A stretch of 15,767 nt of DNA from Delftia acidovorans NBRC 14950 (GCF_001598795.1 NZ_BCZP01000050.1:1-15767); one strand, 5' to 3'; shown: positions 1 through 8,176, numbered from the stretch's first letter. The notes: generated from the letters alone by a model not told the origin. Numbers and translations: made by a program.

Positions 1-47
1 GTTTATCTGCCGCTGCCCGCTTGCCATCAACATACTACGTGCAAACA

Positions 48-1274
48 TCAATGCACCCCCGCATAAAAGCATTCCCAGCGATTGACGAGATTGCAGGTAA
101 AAATGAGGCTTACCATCCCGCCCGCCGGATACTGAGGAAACGGCAAAAGTGCACCAGTCCCGTCAATTGGTAGTCTAACGTTGGCGGAAAACGTAATTGC
201 GCGTATTGCGCCTGCGCTGATAACGTGCAGTGTGACCTCATCGCCATATTGCCTTCCAATAGGCAATATGAATTGGCATGTCGCGTTAATCGTTACGACA
301 TGCACACCGCCTAGCGCTGGATCTACTGTGTATGTCGGCGTTCCAGCCGGTTGATTCACAGTCACCTGCTTGTTCATCGCAGTTGTGTCCGTGAACATGC
401 GGGACCAAGACCCCCACACCGCATCATGCCGGCACCGCATCCAGGTACTCCCCTGCGTCCGTGCATATGCATTTGTTGTGAACACCTGAGTGGCAGTCTG
501 GACCATCCGCGTGCCAACTCCAATAGTCGTGACATCCCACGCTTGGAAATTCTCGTCATAGCCCTCCACAGGCCAATCCGCACCCCGACCCGTCGAAGTG
601 GTCATCAGCGCGTAGCCGACGCCCAGATCCCCCATCAGCTTGTCCTTGCCCCAGAACTCTGGAGCCTTCAGCATCACTTCCTGAGCCTGCGGGTGCTGCG
701 CCCCTGTTGCCCCAGTTGGCCCCGACACATGACCAGAGAACGCGCCGCCAGTCTTGGGCATGAGCGTGGCCGCCACAGGCCCAATACCCGGGTTCCAGGC
801 TGTGCCATCCCACCAGAGCCACACGCCTTTGTACGCGGGGTCGGTGCCGATGTAGGTGTACCAGGCGCCAACCTGCAGCGCATTGCCCTGGTTGTCCGTC
901 GTGGGGTTTGAGGTCTTCGAGCCCAGGTACAGCTTCTGCATTGCCGCATAGCTGGCTGCAGCGCCGCTGGCACTGGCCGCTGCATTGTTGGCCGAGGTGA
1001 GCGCATTCCCGGCAGCCGTGGTGGCACTGCCTGCCGAGTTGGCCGCATTGTTGGAGTAGGTCAGCGCGTTGCCTGCATGGCCTTGAGCAACCGTCGCATA
1101 TTCCTGGGCGGCTATGGAGCACGTCCGGCATGCAACAGCGATCTCGCGCATACGCGCGACAGCGGGCGGCACGCTTACGGCGTAGTCGTAAGCCTCCTGA
1201 TTGAAATTGGCGCTTCCAAGCGCGGGATACTGCGATATGGGCAGCAGGTCTGGGATGTTGACGATGTCGGTCAT
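48..1274 (-). CDS. Tail fibre / receptor-binding protein (408 aa from ATG 1274). The track ORF reaches 1316, but that extension overlaps the upstream gene.
   Basis: ATG at 1274..1272 overlaps the upstream stop (ATGA at 1271-1274), with AAGG 7-8 nt upstream. It is the last gene after the tape measure. The N-terminal part has Ala/Ser/Asn-rich 21-aa repeats (AGNALTYSNNAANSAGSATTA / AGNALTSANNAAASASGAAAS). These are followed by KLYLGSKTSNPTTDNQGNALQVGAWY...WWDGTAWNP and LMPKTGGAFSGHVSGP, motifs I recognise from many phage tail fibres. The C-terminal ~200 aa match no family I can name. Confidence 0.7.
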   Translation of the reverse strand: MTDIVNIPDLLPISQYPALGSANFNQEAYDYAVSVPPAVARMREIAVACRTCSIAAQEYATVAQGHAGNALTYSNNAANSAGSATTAAGNALTSANNAAASASGAAASYAAMQKLYLGSKTSNPTTDNQGNALQVGAWYTYIGTDPAYKGVWLWWDGTAWNPGIGPVAATLMPKTGGAFSGHVSGPTGATGAQHPQAQEVMLKAPEFWGKDKLMGDLGVGYALMTTSTGRGADWPVEGYDENFQAWDVTTIGVGTRMVQTATQVFTTNAYARTQGSTWMRCRHDAVWGSWSRMFTDTTAMNKQVTVNQPAGTPTYTVDPALGGVHVVTINATCQFILPIGRQYGDEVTLHVISAGAIRAITFSANVRLPIDGTGALLPFPQYPAGGMVSLIFTCNLVNRWECFYAGVH

Positions 1275-2221
1275 ACGTTGCCTTTGATTTGCAGGTCCAC
1301 CTGAGCCGAAGTCCAATCGGTTGAGCGCACGGTGCCGGTGACCTTGCCCACGGTGGCCAGGTGCCCGTAACGCGGCAGATCGCTGACCTCAATGGCCACG
1401 GCCTTGCCCAGGATCTGGTCCAGCAGCGTCTTGGCTGCAGGCGCCTGCACCGCGTCGATGACGCAGCTCAGATTGATGTTGGTGGCCAGCCGCCCCTGCA
1501 CCTCGGTGTAGGTGCCGTCCTTGCGGTCATCGACATAGGAGTAGTCGCGCGTGCTGGCTTCGACGCCGTACTGGGCGCCGCCCATGCGTTCGCGGCCAGG
1601 CAGTAGGAGCTGCTTCCAGTTGCCCACGCTGATAAAGCCCACGGCCGCCTCCACCCCGGCGTTGTTTCGCGCCACGGTGATGGTGATTTCCATGCCCGGG
1701 TGAATGGGCAGATCCTTGAGGACGAAATATGTGCCGCGTTGCAGGTCGCCAAACAGGTATTCCCATTCGCCGAACGCCTGCTCCCACAGCTGCGCATTGA
1801 CGGGCGGCACCAAGTCCACTCCATCAGCCCGGACGGTGATAGTCAGCTTGTCGGCCTCCAGGCCGTACAGGGCCAGGCCGTTGACGAAACCAGGCCGCAG
1901 CACATAGGTCAGCGAGGTGGTCCGGCGCGCTTTGGTGAACAGGTATTTGTCGAACGGCGCCATGCGGTTGGTGGGCGCGCCTTCGTCACGCTCCCAGAAT
2001 GTGGCGGCATTGGGCGTGCCAGGCTCGTAGGTGTTGGCAGGCGCACCGGCCACGGCCTTGACGCATTCGTAGGTGTAGCCCTTCCACACGCGGCGCAGGC
2101 CCACTGCTGCATCCGATCCGCTGATCCAGGCCACTTCTCCAACGGTCGCATCGACCTCGGGAATGGTGGTGCCGGCCATGAACATTTCTGGCGTGATGGT
2201 CTTGGGCACAAGAATGTTCAT
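1271..2221 (-). CDS. Tail-tip protein in the distal-tail/baseplate position (316 aa); family and function not recognised.
   Basis: ATG 2221..2219 overlaps the tape measure stop (ATGA at 2218-2221), with GGAAAGG upstream. Its stop overlaps the fibre start. Codon usage matches its neighbours. The position between tape measure and fibre implies a tail-tip role. The N-terminal W..G..Y.C...........P......W...G..TNR.APFD pattern resembles carbohydrate-binding-like segments in other phage tail proteins, but I cannot name the family. Confidence 0.6.
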   Translation of the reverse strand: MNILVPKTITPEMFMAGTTIPEVDATVGEVAWISGSDAAVGLRRVWKGYTYECVKAVAGAPANTYEPGTPNAATFWERDEGAPTNRMAPFDKYLFTKARRTTSLTYVLRPGFVNGLALYGLEADKLTITVRADGVDLVPPVNAQLWEQAFGEWEYLFGDLQRGTYFVLKDLPIHPGMEITITVARNNAGVEAAVGFISVGNWKQLLLPGRERMGGAQYGVEASTRDYSYVDDRKDGTYTEVQGRLATNINLSCVIDAVQAPAAKTLLDQILGKAVAIEVSDLPRYGHLATVGKVTGTVRSTDWTSAQVDLQIKGNV

Positions 2222-5200
2222 GCGATTGCCTTTCCACGCATGGCGTTGCCGCCGTTGGTGACGCGGTCGAACTGTTCGGCCATCTCGGGCATTGGCGCTG
2301 TGTTGCGCGCAGTGGCCTCTGCAGGAGCACGCAGGCCCGCCACCTCGCCGCGCAGGGCGCTGACCTCGGCCAGCAGGGCGGCAATCAGAGCTGCGGTGTC
2401 AATGCCCTCACCGCCCCCGCGCATGGCCTGGCTGAGCTGCTGCTGGTTCCAGTAGCGGGCCGGCCCGGTGGCCTCAACTTCCCAGCCGCGCTCGCCCACC
2501 ACACGCAAACCGCCCGCGTGCATGCCGCCGCTGGCGAATGCGGGGAGCTTGATGCCGGTGATGCGCTCGACTTCCGCCCAATCCCGGGCATACAGCCCCG
2601 ACAGCGCTTCCATGTCGGACAGCGTTGCGCCAGCGCTTTGCATGGAGCGCATGAGCCCGGCCAGGTCGCCCGTGCCGTCATAGCTGTGGTACTTGTCAAA
2701 CAGGCCATCCAGCTTGTTGACCGTACCCGGCTCAACCACGGGCTCATACCAGGTGCCACCAGAACCATCGCTGCGAGGCCGCAGATACTTGGAATCCACG
2801 GTGTCCGGCTGCCCGCCACCGCCTGGTCCCCAGACCGCGCCACCATCGTTGGCGCCGGCGCCCGGCTTGGTGCCGGGCGTGTTCGCCCCGGCATCCTTGC
2901 CCAAGGTGGCCAGCAGCTTCTCGAAATAGCCCTGCACCGTGCCTGTGAGCATGGTGGTGCCGTTGACCAGCTCGTCGGCGCGCTTGGCCAGGGCATCGAG
3001 GCCTTCAATCTGCGACTGCAGGGCCTTGAGGGACCGTTCCTCGATGCTCAGCTGCGATTCACCCAGCTCACCCAGCTCCGCAAACTTGCCCGCCCACACC
3101 AGGGCGTCACGGCGGCGCTCGAAGTCGGTGGCGTAGACACCGCCAGTCAGGCCTGAGCGGGTGGCCTGGATGGCCGAGCCCAGATCGGCGTAGTCAGAGA
3201 CCTTGCGGCCCGCACGCACCCCCTGCAAGGCCTCCTCTATGTAGACCATGCCGCGCGCAGCCATCCACTGAGTGGTGCTGTCCACGGTGCCATAGAGATC
3301 CGTCGCAGCGCCCTTCAATTGCCCCACGGCCGCCGTGATGGCCGAGATGGATTCCTCCACGCTGCTCACGCGCTGCTGCAACAGTTCGCGGTCACGGTTC
3401 ACGGCGCGGCTGAACAGGTCGTAGGCAGCCGATTGCGCTTCCTTGGCTGCTACCTGTGCGGCGCGTTCGTCCTCGATGGCCCAGATGCGCTCCTGCAGGG
3501 CGCGGTTGCTGGGGTCCAGCGCGGCCAGTTCCAGGCGGCGCAGTTCCGCCGTGTTGCCCTGCATCTCCAGCAGCTTGCGCTCCAGGTCGGTGCGCTGGTC
3601 CACGCGGGCGATCTCTTCGCGCAGCGCCTGGTTGTAGTCCCAGGCGGCGCGCTCGGCTTCGCTCATGCCCTCGGTGGCCAGCTTGCGCAGAGCCTCGCGG
3701 TACTTGTCGGTCTGGCCCGTGGCGCGCAGGTATTCGGCTTCCAGCTGCCGGCGGTCATTCTTGAGCGTGTCCAGCACCTGGCCTGCAGCATCGGCCACGG
3801 CCCCGAATTCCTGGGCCAGCGGGATGAGCTTGGCCAGCAGCTCCACGTCGCCGGCCGCCATGGCGTCCTCGATGAGCTTGCGGAACTTGGCCTTGGCGTC
3901 CTGGCCCATGCGGGGATCGATGTCGATCTTGAGGTCGGCCAGCGCCCTGTCCACCGCCTTGGCCGCGTTCTCGATGCGCTCCCGCTCGCTGTAGAAGCTC
4001 GTGTAGAAAGCATCCATGCCTGTGATCAGGTCCTGGATGCCGCCGGCGCTCTTTATGAGCTTGGCAATGGCTTCGTCGCCCAGCTTGCCGAAGTTGGTGA
4101 TGTTGCGGGTCCAGCCCTCGATGGCGGCGCCGGTCAGCTCCACGGTCTGCAGGGCCGCGTTGAAGCTCTCCAGCGTGATCTCCTCGCCCATGTCATCGAA
4201 GACATTGCGCATCCAGCTGGGGATGTCGGCCTTCTTGATCTGGTCGATGAGCGAGCCACCCATATCGGCCACGAATTGCGCGAAGGCCTTTTCAGGGTCG
4301 TTGCCCAGGTCACGGTTTTTGTACGAACTCAGGACCTCGCCCGTAGCCTTGTCGAGGATCTGGAAATAACCGTGCGCATCCTCGTCACCATGCTTGGGAT
4401 TGACGGCGAACCCAGCGGCGATATCAATGTCCTTGGCCGTGCCGCCCGCGAACTTGGCCAGGGACTTGTAGACATCAATCAGGGCATCGACGGTGGTGCC
4501 GACCTGCTTGCCCAGCTCCTTGTTGCCGCGCTTGGTGAAGTCACCCAGGGCATTGCCCCAGGCATCCTTGCCCAGAGCCTGCTGCGCCGCCTGGTCCCAG
4601 TCATCGGTACGCGTCGAATAGACACCGCCGCTGTGGTTGGGTCCACGCGAACCGAACAAGCCCCCCTTGAGCAGCGAGAAAATGGCGATGGCACCCGCAA
4701 TCCAGGGCATGGCAGCCCCCAGCCCGCTCATCAGCGAGCCGAAGCTGCTGCCGACGCCGGCCCAGCTGCCATTGCCCGCGATCAGGGCGCCAAGGGCATC
4801 GCCGCCGGCCAGGCCCACGGCATTGGCACCGGCAAGGCTGGCAGCCGACGCACCAGGCATGAAACCCCACATTGCCTGGGCACCTGCACCCAGCGTGCCG
4901 AGGTTGTTGAGCATGCCCATGCCTGCACCGCCACTCTGGCCGGCGGCGGCGGGGGCGCCGAACAAACCTCCCAGGGCACCGCCAGCGATCTGGACCGTGG
5001 CCTGGATCAGTGGCTTGAACACCAGCGTGCGCGCCAGATTCTTGAGGTATTGACCGAACGAGAGACCGCCCTGCATCAGCTGGTCGGCCAGGCTCTGCCC
5101 GATCTGGTCCACTCCCTTCTGCCACTCCGAGGTGCTGGCCTTGGCAGCTTCTGCCGAGGCTTCGCGTGAAGCCTTCACAGAGGTCAGGCCAAGGCGCTCG

Positions 5201-7191
5201 CGCAGCAGCTCGATTTCCTGCTGGAGCAGCGCATGCTCCATGGTCATGGTGCCGGTGAGCGCAGCGGAGCGCTCCATCTCGGCCAGCTGCTGCTCCTTGC
5301 TCAGGATGATGGCCATCTGCCGCTGCTCGATGACCACGCGCTGCTGCTCGGCGCTCAGGCCGATCAGCTCGATCTCGTCGCGCAGCGCCTGGTTGCTGGC
5401 CGTCAGTTCCTCGACCGTCTTGCCCTGGGTGGACATCCACTCCTGGCGGTACTTGCGTTCCTCCTCGGCCAGCTTCAGGGCCTTCTGCCTGGCCTCGTTT
5501 TCCTTTTCCAGCGTCTTGAGGGTCTTGAGCTTGGCTTCGATGTTGGCGCGCTCGCCGGCATTGAGCCCCTTGAGCGAGCCCAGCAGGTCCTGCGAATACT
5601 TGATGCGCAGCTTGTCGGCCTCGCCCAGCTTCTCCCCGCCGGAGATCTCCAGTCGCTGGGCGGCAATCTTTTCCTCGATGGAATCGACCAGGCCGCCATA
5701 GGCCGTGTGCAGCTGCTTGGCGGAGCTGGCACGGGCCTTGGCCGATTCGTCTTCCTTGTAGTTTTCCTTGGCCAGCTTGCTGACCAGCTCGACATAGGCA
5801 GCCTCTGTGATGCGGCCGGCCTGGCGCAGCTCGTTGAGTTTTTGCAGCTGCGGCAGATAGTCTTTGTTGACGCCGTACAGACCGCGGCGAATCTCCGCCA
5901 ACTCCTCTTCCGCCTTGGCCTCTTCCTGAACGAGCCGGGCCGCCTCATCTACAAACGACTGCCCGCGCCCCTTGAAACGCATTTGATTGCGCGGGTCTTG
6001 GTCGTCAATCGCCCTGAGCTTGCCTTGCAGCTCTTCAATGGCCTTCCGCCGCTCTGCAATGCCCAAGTCAATGTTCTTGAGAAATGCAGCATCACGACCA
6101 TTCGACGCAGCGAACGCCTTGTCGCCCTCCAACCGATCAATCTCGGCCTTCAGGCCCGTAATTGAGCGGTGAATACCATCTACGGAATTACTGATGGCGC
6201 TTACGGTAGCCACGCCAACCCCAGCGACAGCGCCAATACCCAGCAGCGCGAGCGTCACAGGGTTGGCCATCGCCACGGTTGCCAGGGCGACGAACGCACC
6301 GCTCAGCACCCCAATAGCGCCAACCACGCCCATGATGCCCGCCACCGTGGCCGCGCCACCCAACGCACCAAGCATGCCAACCACCAGACCCTGATGATTG
6401 GCTATGGCACCACCCAAACCATCGATGGCATCAGTGACCAGGCGCACGCCGCCAGCCGCCTTTTCGGAGAACCCCGTGCTTTCGTTGATGGTGCGGAACA
6501 GTTCGTCCCAGGAGTCACCCAGGGCAGCAATGGCGCCGTCCAGGGTCTTGGCACGCTGCTCCATGGCGCCACCGAAGGCGGTGTTGCCGATGTGCTCCAG
6601 ATAAGCGGTGATGTCCTTGGCCGAGTTCTTCACCCGGGTCGTGACGCCCTGGAAGGTGAACGCCACCATGTCGCCCTGCTTGGACGCCTTGATGCCGAAT
6701 TCCTTCAGGCGCTCGAATTCACCCGTGGCCGCATCCGCCACGGCCTCGATCATCTGCATGAGGCTCTTGCCCATGCCGGCCGCCGTATTGCCGAAGCTGG
6801 TCAGCTTGGCCTGGGTGGGATCAAGGCCCAAGGCCTTCATCTTCACGAAAGCCTCGGTGGCCTGGGCCAGGCCGTAGGGCGTGTCCTTGGCAAAGGTCTT
6901 GATCCAGGCCATCTCCCGGCCAGCGGCCTGGGCACTGCCCGTGACCGTGACCAGCGAGCTGTTGAGCACGTCGAATTCGCGCTGCACCGACACCAGCTTG
7001 CCGACGAACGCCGTAACGGACACGCCGGCAAACACGCCTCCGAGCAACGTGCCCAGGCGCCCCAGCGAGCCGGCCATGCCATCGACCATGCCCGTGACGG
7101 TCCGCTTGGACTTCTCGACCTCGGCCTGCAGCTGCGAGCTGTCGCCCGTGATCAGGAACCGCAGGTAGTTGATGTTGCTGGAGCCGATCAT
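2218..7191 (-). CDS. Tail tape measure protein (1657 aa)
   Basis: The size and the position after the chaperone pair fit. The N-terminal region (residues ~60-235: FVGKLVSVQREFDVLNSSL...AWIKTFAKDTPYGLAQATEAFVKMKALGLDP...GEFERLKEFGIKAS...TLDGAIAALGDSWDELF) matches the TP901-family tape-measure core. There are long coiled-coil Glu/Lys/Ala/Leu-rich stretches and two Gly/Ala-rich hydrophobic blocks. The conserved C-terminal LPAFASGGMHAGGLRVVGERGWEVEATGP motif is present. AGGGGG Shine-Dalgarno lies 5-6 nt before ATG 7191. Confidence 0.93.
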   Translation of the reverse strand: MIGSSNINYLRFLITGDSSQLQAEVEKSKRTVTGMVDGMAGSLGRLGTLLGGVFAGVSVTAFVGKLVSVQREFDVLNSSLVTVTGSAQAAGREMAWIKTFAKDTPYGLAQATEAFVKMKALGLDPTQAKLTSFGNTAAGMGKSLMQMIEAVADAATGEFERLKEFGIKASKQGDMVAFTFQGVTTRVKNSAKDITAYLEHIGNTAFGGAMEQRAKTLDGAIAALGDSWDELFRTINESTGFSEKAAGGVRLVTDAIDGLGGAIANHQGLVVGMLGALGGAATVAGIMGVVGAIGVLSGAFVALATVAMANPVTLALLGIGAVAGVGVATVSAISNSVDGIHRSITGLKAEIDRLEGDKAFAASNGRDAAFLKNIDLGIAERRKAIEELQGKLRAIDDQDPRNQMRFKGRGQSFVDEAARLVQEEAKAEEELAEIRRGLYGVNKDYLPQLQKLNELRQAGRITEAAYVELVSKLAKENYKEDESAKARASSAKQLHTAYGGLVDSIEEKIAAQRLEISGGEKLGEADKLRIKYSQDLLGSLKGLNAGERANIEAKLKTLKTLEKENEARQKALKLAEEERKYRQEWMSTQGKTVEELTASNQALRDEIELIGLSAEQQRVVIEQRQMAIILSKEQQLAEMERSAALTGTMTMEHALLQQEIELLRERLGLTSVKASREASAEAAKASTSEWQKGVDQIGQSLADQLMQGGLSFGQYLKNLARTLVFKPLIQATVQIAGGALGGLFGAPAAAGQSGGAGMGMLNNLGTLGAGAQAMWGFMPGASAASLAGANAVGLAGGDALGALIAGNGSWAGVGSSFGSLMSGLGAAMPWIAGAIAIFSLLKGGLFGSRGPNHSGGVYSTRTDDWDQAAQQALGKDAWGNALGDFTKRGNKELGKQVGTTVDALIDVYKSLAKFAGGTAKDIDIAAGFAVNPKHGDEDAHGYFQILDKATGEVLSSYKNRDLGNDPEKAFAQFVADMGGSLIDQIKKADIPSWMRNVFDDMGEEITLESFNAALQTVELTGAAIEGWTRNITNFGKLGDEAIAKLIKSAGGIQDLITGMDAFYTSFYSERERIENAAKAVDRALADLKIDIDPRMGQDAKAKFRKLIEDAMAAGDVELLAKLIPLAQEFGAVADAAGQVLDTLKNDRRQLEAEYLRATGQTDKYREALRKLATEGMSEAERAAWDYNQALREEIARVDQRTDLERKLLEMQGNTAELRRLELAALDPSNRALQERIWAIEDERAAQVAAKEAQSAAYDLFSRAVNRDRELLQQRVSSVEESISAITAAVGQLKGAATDLYGTVDSTTQWMAARGMVYIEEALQGVRAGRKVSDYADLGSAIQATRSGLTGGVYATDFERRRDALVWAGKFAELGELGESQLSIEERSLKALQSQIEGLDALAKRADELVNGTTMLTGTVQGYFEKLLATLGKDAGANTPGTKPGAGANDGGAVWGPGGGGQPDTVDSKYLRPRSDGSGGTWYEPVVEPGTVNKLDGLFDKYHSYDGTGDLAGLMRSMQSAGATLSDMEALSGLYARDWAEVERITGIKLPAFASGGMHAGGLRVVGERGWEVEATGPARYWNQQQLSQAMRGGGEGIDTAALIAALLAEVSALRGEVAGLRAPAEATARNTAPMPEMAEQFDRVTNGGNAMRGKAIA

Positions 7192-7206
7192 GCAGCCCCC
7201 TGCAGG

Positions 7207-8108
7207 TCACTTCGGCGCGCGCCGGAACGAGCGCAGCATGTCGCCCAGGCCGCTGGACACACGCTGGCGTCGCTCCTCGGCCTGCTCAGGTGACTCATCG
7301 ACACTGCCTGGCCGAGTGGCGCCAGGGTCCTTGGCAGCGTCCTTGGCGACCAGCCACGCGATGGACAGGTCGCAAAGCGTTTTGCCCTCCCAGGGCGTGA
7401 GCCGCACGCCGTGAATGGACTGCCATGCCACCAGCTGCTCGTAGCCGATGGGCGTTTCGCCCATGGGCGACTGCAGCGATGGCCCCAGGTCGAAGAACAC
7501 TTCAAGGAGATAGCCGGCCGGGCCAGGGTCGGGCATGTCAGGCTCGCGGCCTTCTGCCTTGAATTCCTCGATGCGTGTGATCCTGGGTTCATCATCTTGC
7601 TGCTGGGTCTTTTTTCCGTTCTTGGGCTTGAGCGGGGCGTTGAGCCACGCCCATGTGCGCACGTAGAGGCTCAGTCCTTCGGCGCACTCTTGGAAAAATT
7701 TGCCCAGTCCGCCGCGAAGGCGTTTACCTGATCAGCTACCCAGCCGGCAGCAGGGTCCGCATACAGGGCCTGCATCCCTTCGCGCACGGGGCGGCCTTCC
7801 AGGTCCAGGCCTTCAACCGAGTGCGTGATGTCCGCCAGCAGCGCCGCCGTGTCGGCAGTGCGCTCCTCGGGCGTGCGCTCTTCCAGCGCGCGGCGGTTCT
7901 TCTTGACCAGCGCCATGACGCGGCGCTGGGCGCCCAGCTGGGCCTTGCGGTAGGGCTCCGAACCGGGGCCGTACACATGGATCAGCACGGGCTGCTCCAC
8001 AGCCCCAGCGCCTTTGGTGGGGTCCTTGAAGTACAGGGGTTCGCCGGCGGCATCCTTCAGGTGCAGGGCAGCGGTGTCGGCAACGCGAAGTTGGGAAAGT
8101 TTGAGCAT
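7207..8108 (-). CDS. Tail assembly chaperone, predicted -1 frameshift fusion product (lambda gpGT analogue, about 300 aa). Residues 1-138 come from the 7671..8108 frame and continue in the -1 frame from 7695 to the stop at 7207.
   Basis: The downstream ORF (7207..7662 in the track, GTG-initiated there) is in the -1 frame relative to 7671..8108. That frame is open all the way back to the slippery heptamer: I read TTC CAA GAG TGC GCC GAA GGA CTG AGC CTC TAC GTG CGC ACA TGG with no stop. Two overlapping ORFs directly upstream of the tape measure is the conserved G/GT arrangement. Confidence 0.6.
7671..8108 (-). CDS. Tail assembly chaperone (lambda gpG analogue, 145 aa)
   Basis: It sits between the major tail gene and the tape measure and encodes a small acidic protein (MLKLSQLRVADTAALHLKDAAGEPLYFKD...ADWANFSKSAPKD). 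The slippery site lies 8 codons before its stop. The start is uncertain: ATG 8108 has no Shine-Dalgarno, and an alternative in-frame ATG lies at 8141. Confidence 0.7.
   Translation of the reverse strand: MLKLSQLRVADTAALHLKDAAGEPLYFKDPTKGAGAVEQPVLIHVYGPGSEPYRKAQLGAQRRVMALVKKNRRALEERTPEERTADTAALLADITHSVEGLDLEGRPVREGMQALYADPAAGWVADQVNAFAADWANFSKSAPKD
7695..7701 (-). promoter_or_regulatory. Candidate programmed -1 ribosomal frameshift heptamer A_AAT_TTT (X_XXY_YYZ, in phase)
   Basis: The minus-strand reading is GCA AAT TTT TCC, with zero-frame codons AAT (7700..7698) and TTT (7697..7695). Slipping back one nt joins the open downstream frame. Confidence 0.55.
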
Positions 8109-8144
8109 GGTGGTGGCGATGAGAGAAAGACAGAGGGGCATGCC

Positions 8145-8162
8145 ACCCGGCCGCAGCCGGGC
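8145..8162 (-). terminator. GC-rich stem-loop downstream of the major tail gene; possible partial terminator or mRNA-stabilising hairpin
   Basis: CCCGGC (8146-8151) and GCCGGG (8156-8161) form a perfect 6-bp stem with a 4-nt loop, and a G-U closing pair is possible. It lies in the 68-nt gap after the TAA at 8177-8179. The downstream sense sequence UGGCAUGCCCCUCUGUCUUUCUCUC is pyrimidine-rich but is not a canonical U-tract. Confidence 0.25.
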
Positions 8163-8176
8163 AATGCGGCGGCGAA

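Noticed and set aside
1-47. A possible start of a further minus-strand gene (ATG at 33..31, reading MLMASGQRQIN...) that would be a fibre chaperone or assembly gene. I also considered a diversity-generating retroelement acting on the fibre 3' end.
   Set aside because: Only 11 codons are visible before the window edge, too little to support a call. No template-repeat copy of the fibre 3' end and no reverse transcriptase is present in the window, so a DGR cannot be supported.
556-1392. Same-strand alternate-frame ORFs (556..1392, 2385..3008, 4601..5440, 5475..5948, 6821..7210, 7188..7595, 7813..8361, 11220..11729, 12794..13651, 14622..15170, 15381..15755).
   Set aside because: They are Arg/Pro/Cys/Trp-rich translations overlapping the real frames, which have clear family motifs. 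They are shadow ORFs, not overprinted genes, on the evidence available.
2218-7191. A peptidoglycan hydrolase or lytic transglycosylase domain inside the tape measure protein.
   Set aside because: I found no lysozyme/SLT catalytic Glu context or M23 HxxxD/HxH motifs by eye, so no such claim is made.
7609-7615. An in-phase A_AAA_AAG (dnaX-type) slippery heptamer inside the downstream chaperone frame (GGA AAA AAG = GKK).
   Set aside because: It lies downstream of the stop of the G-like ORF, so it cannot generate the GT fusion. A -1 slip there would terminate after 5 codons (GAC CCA GCA GCA AGA TGA). It is most likely an incidental Lys-Lys coding sequence, although a truncated isoform cannot be excluded.
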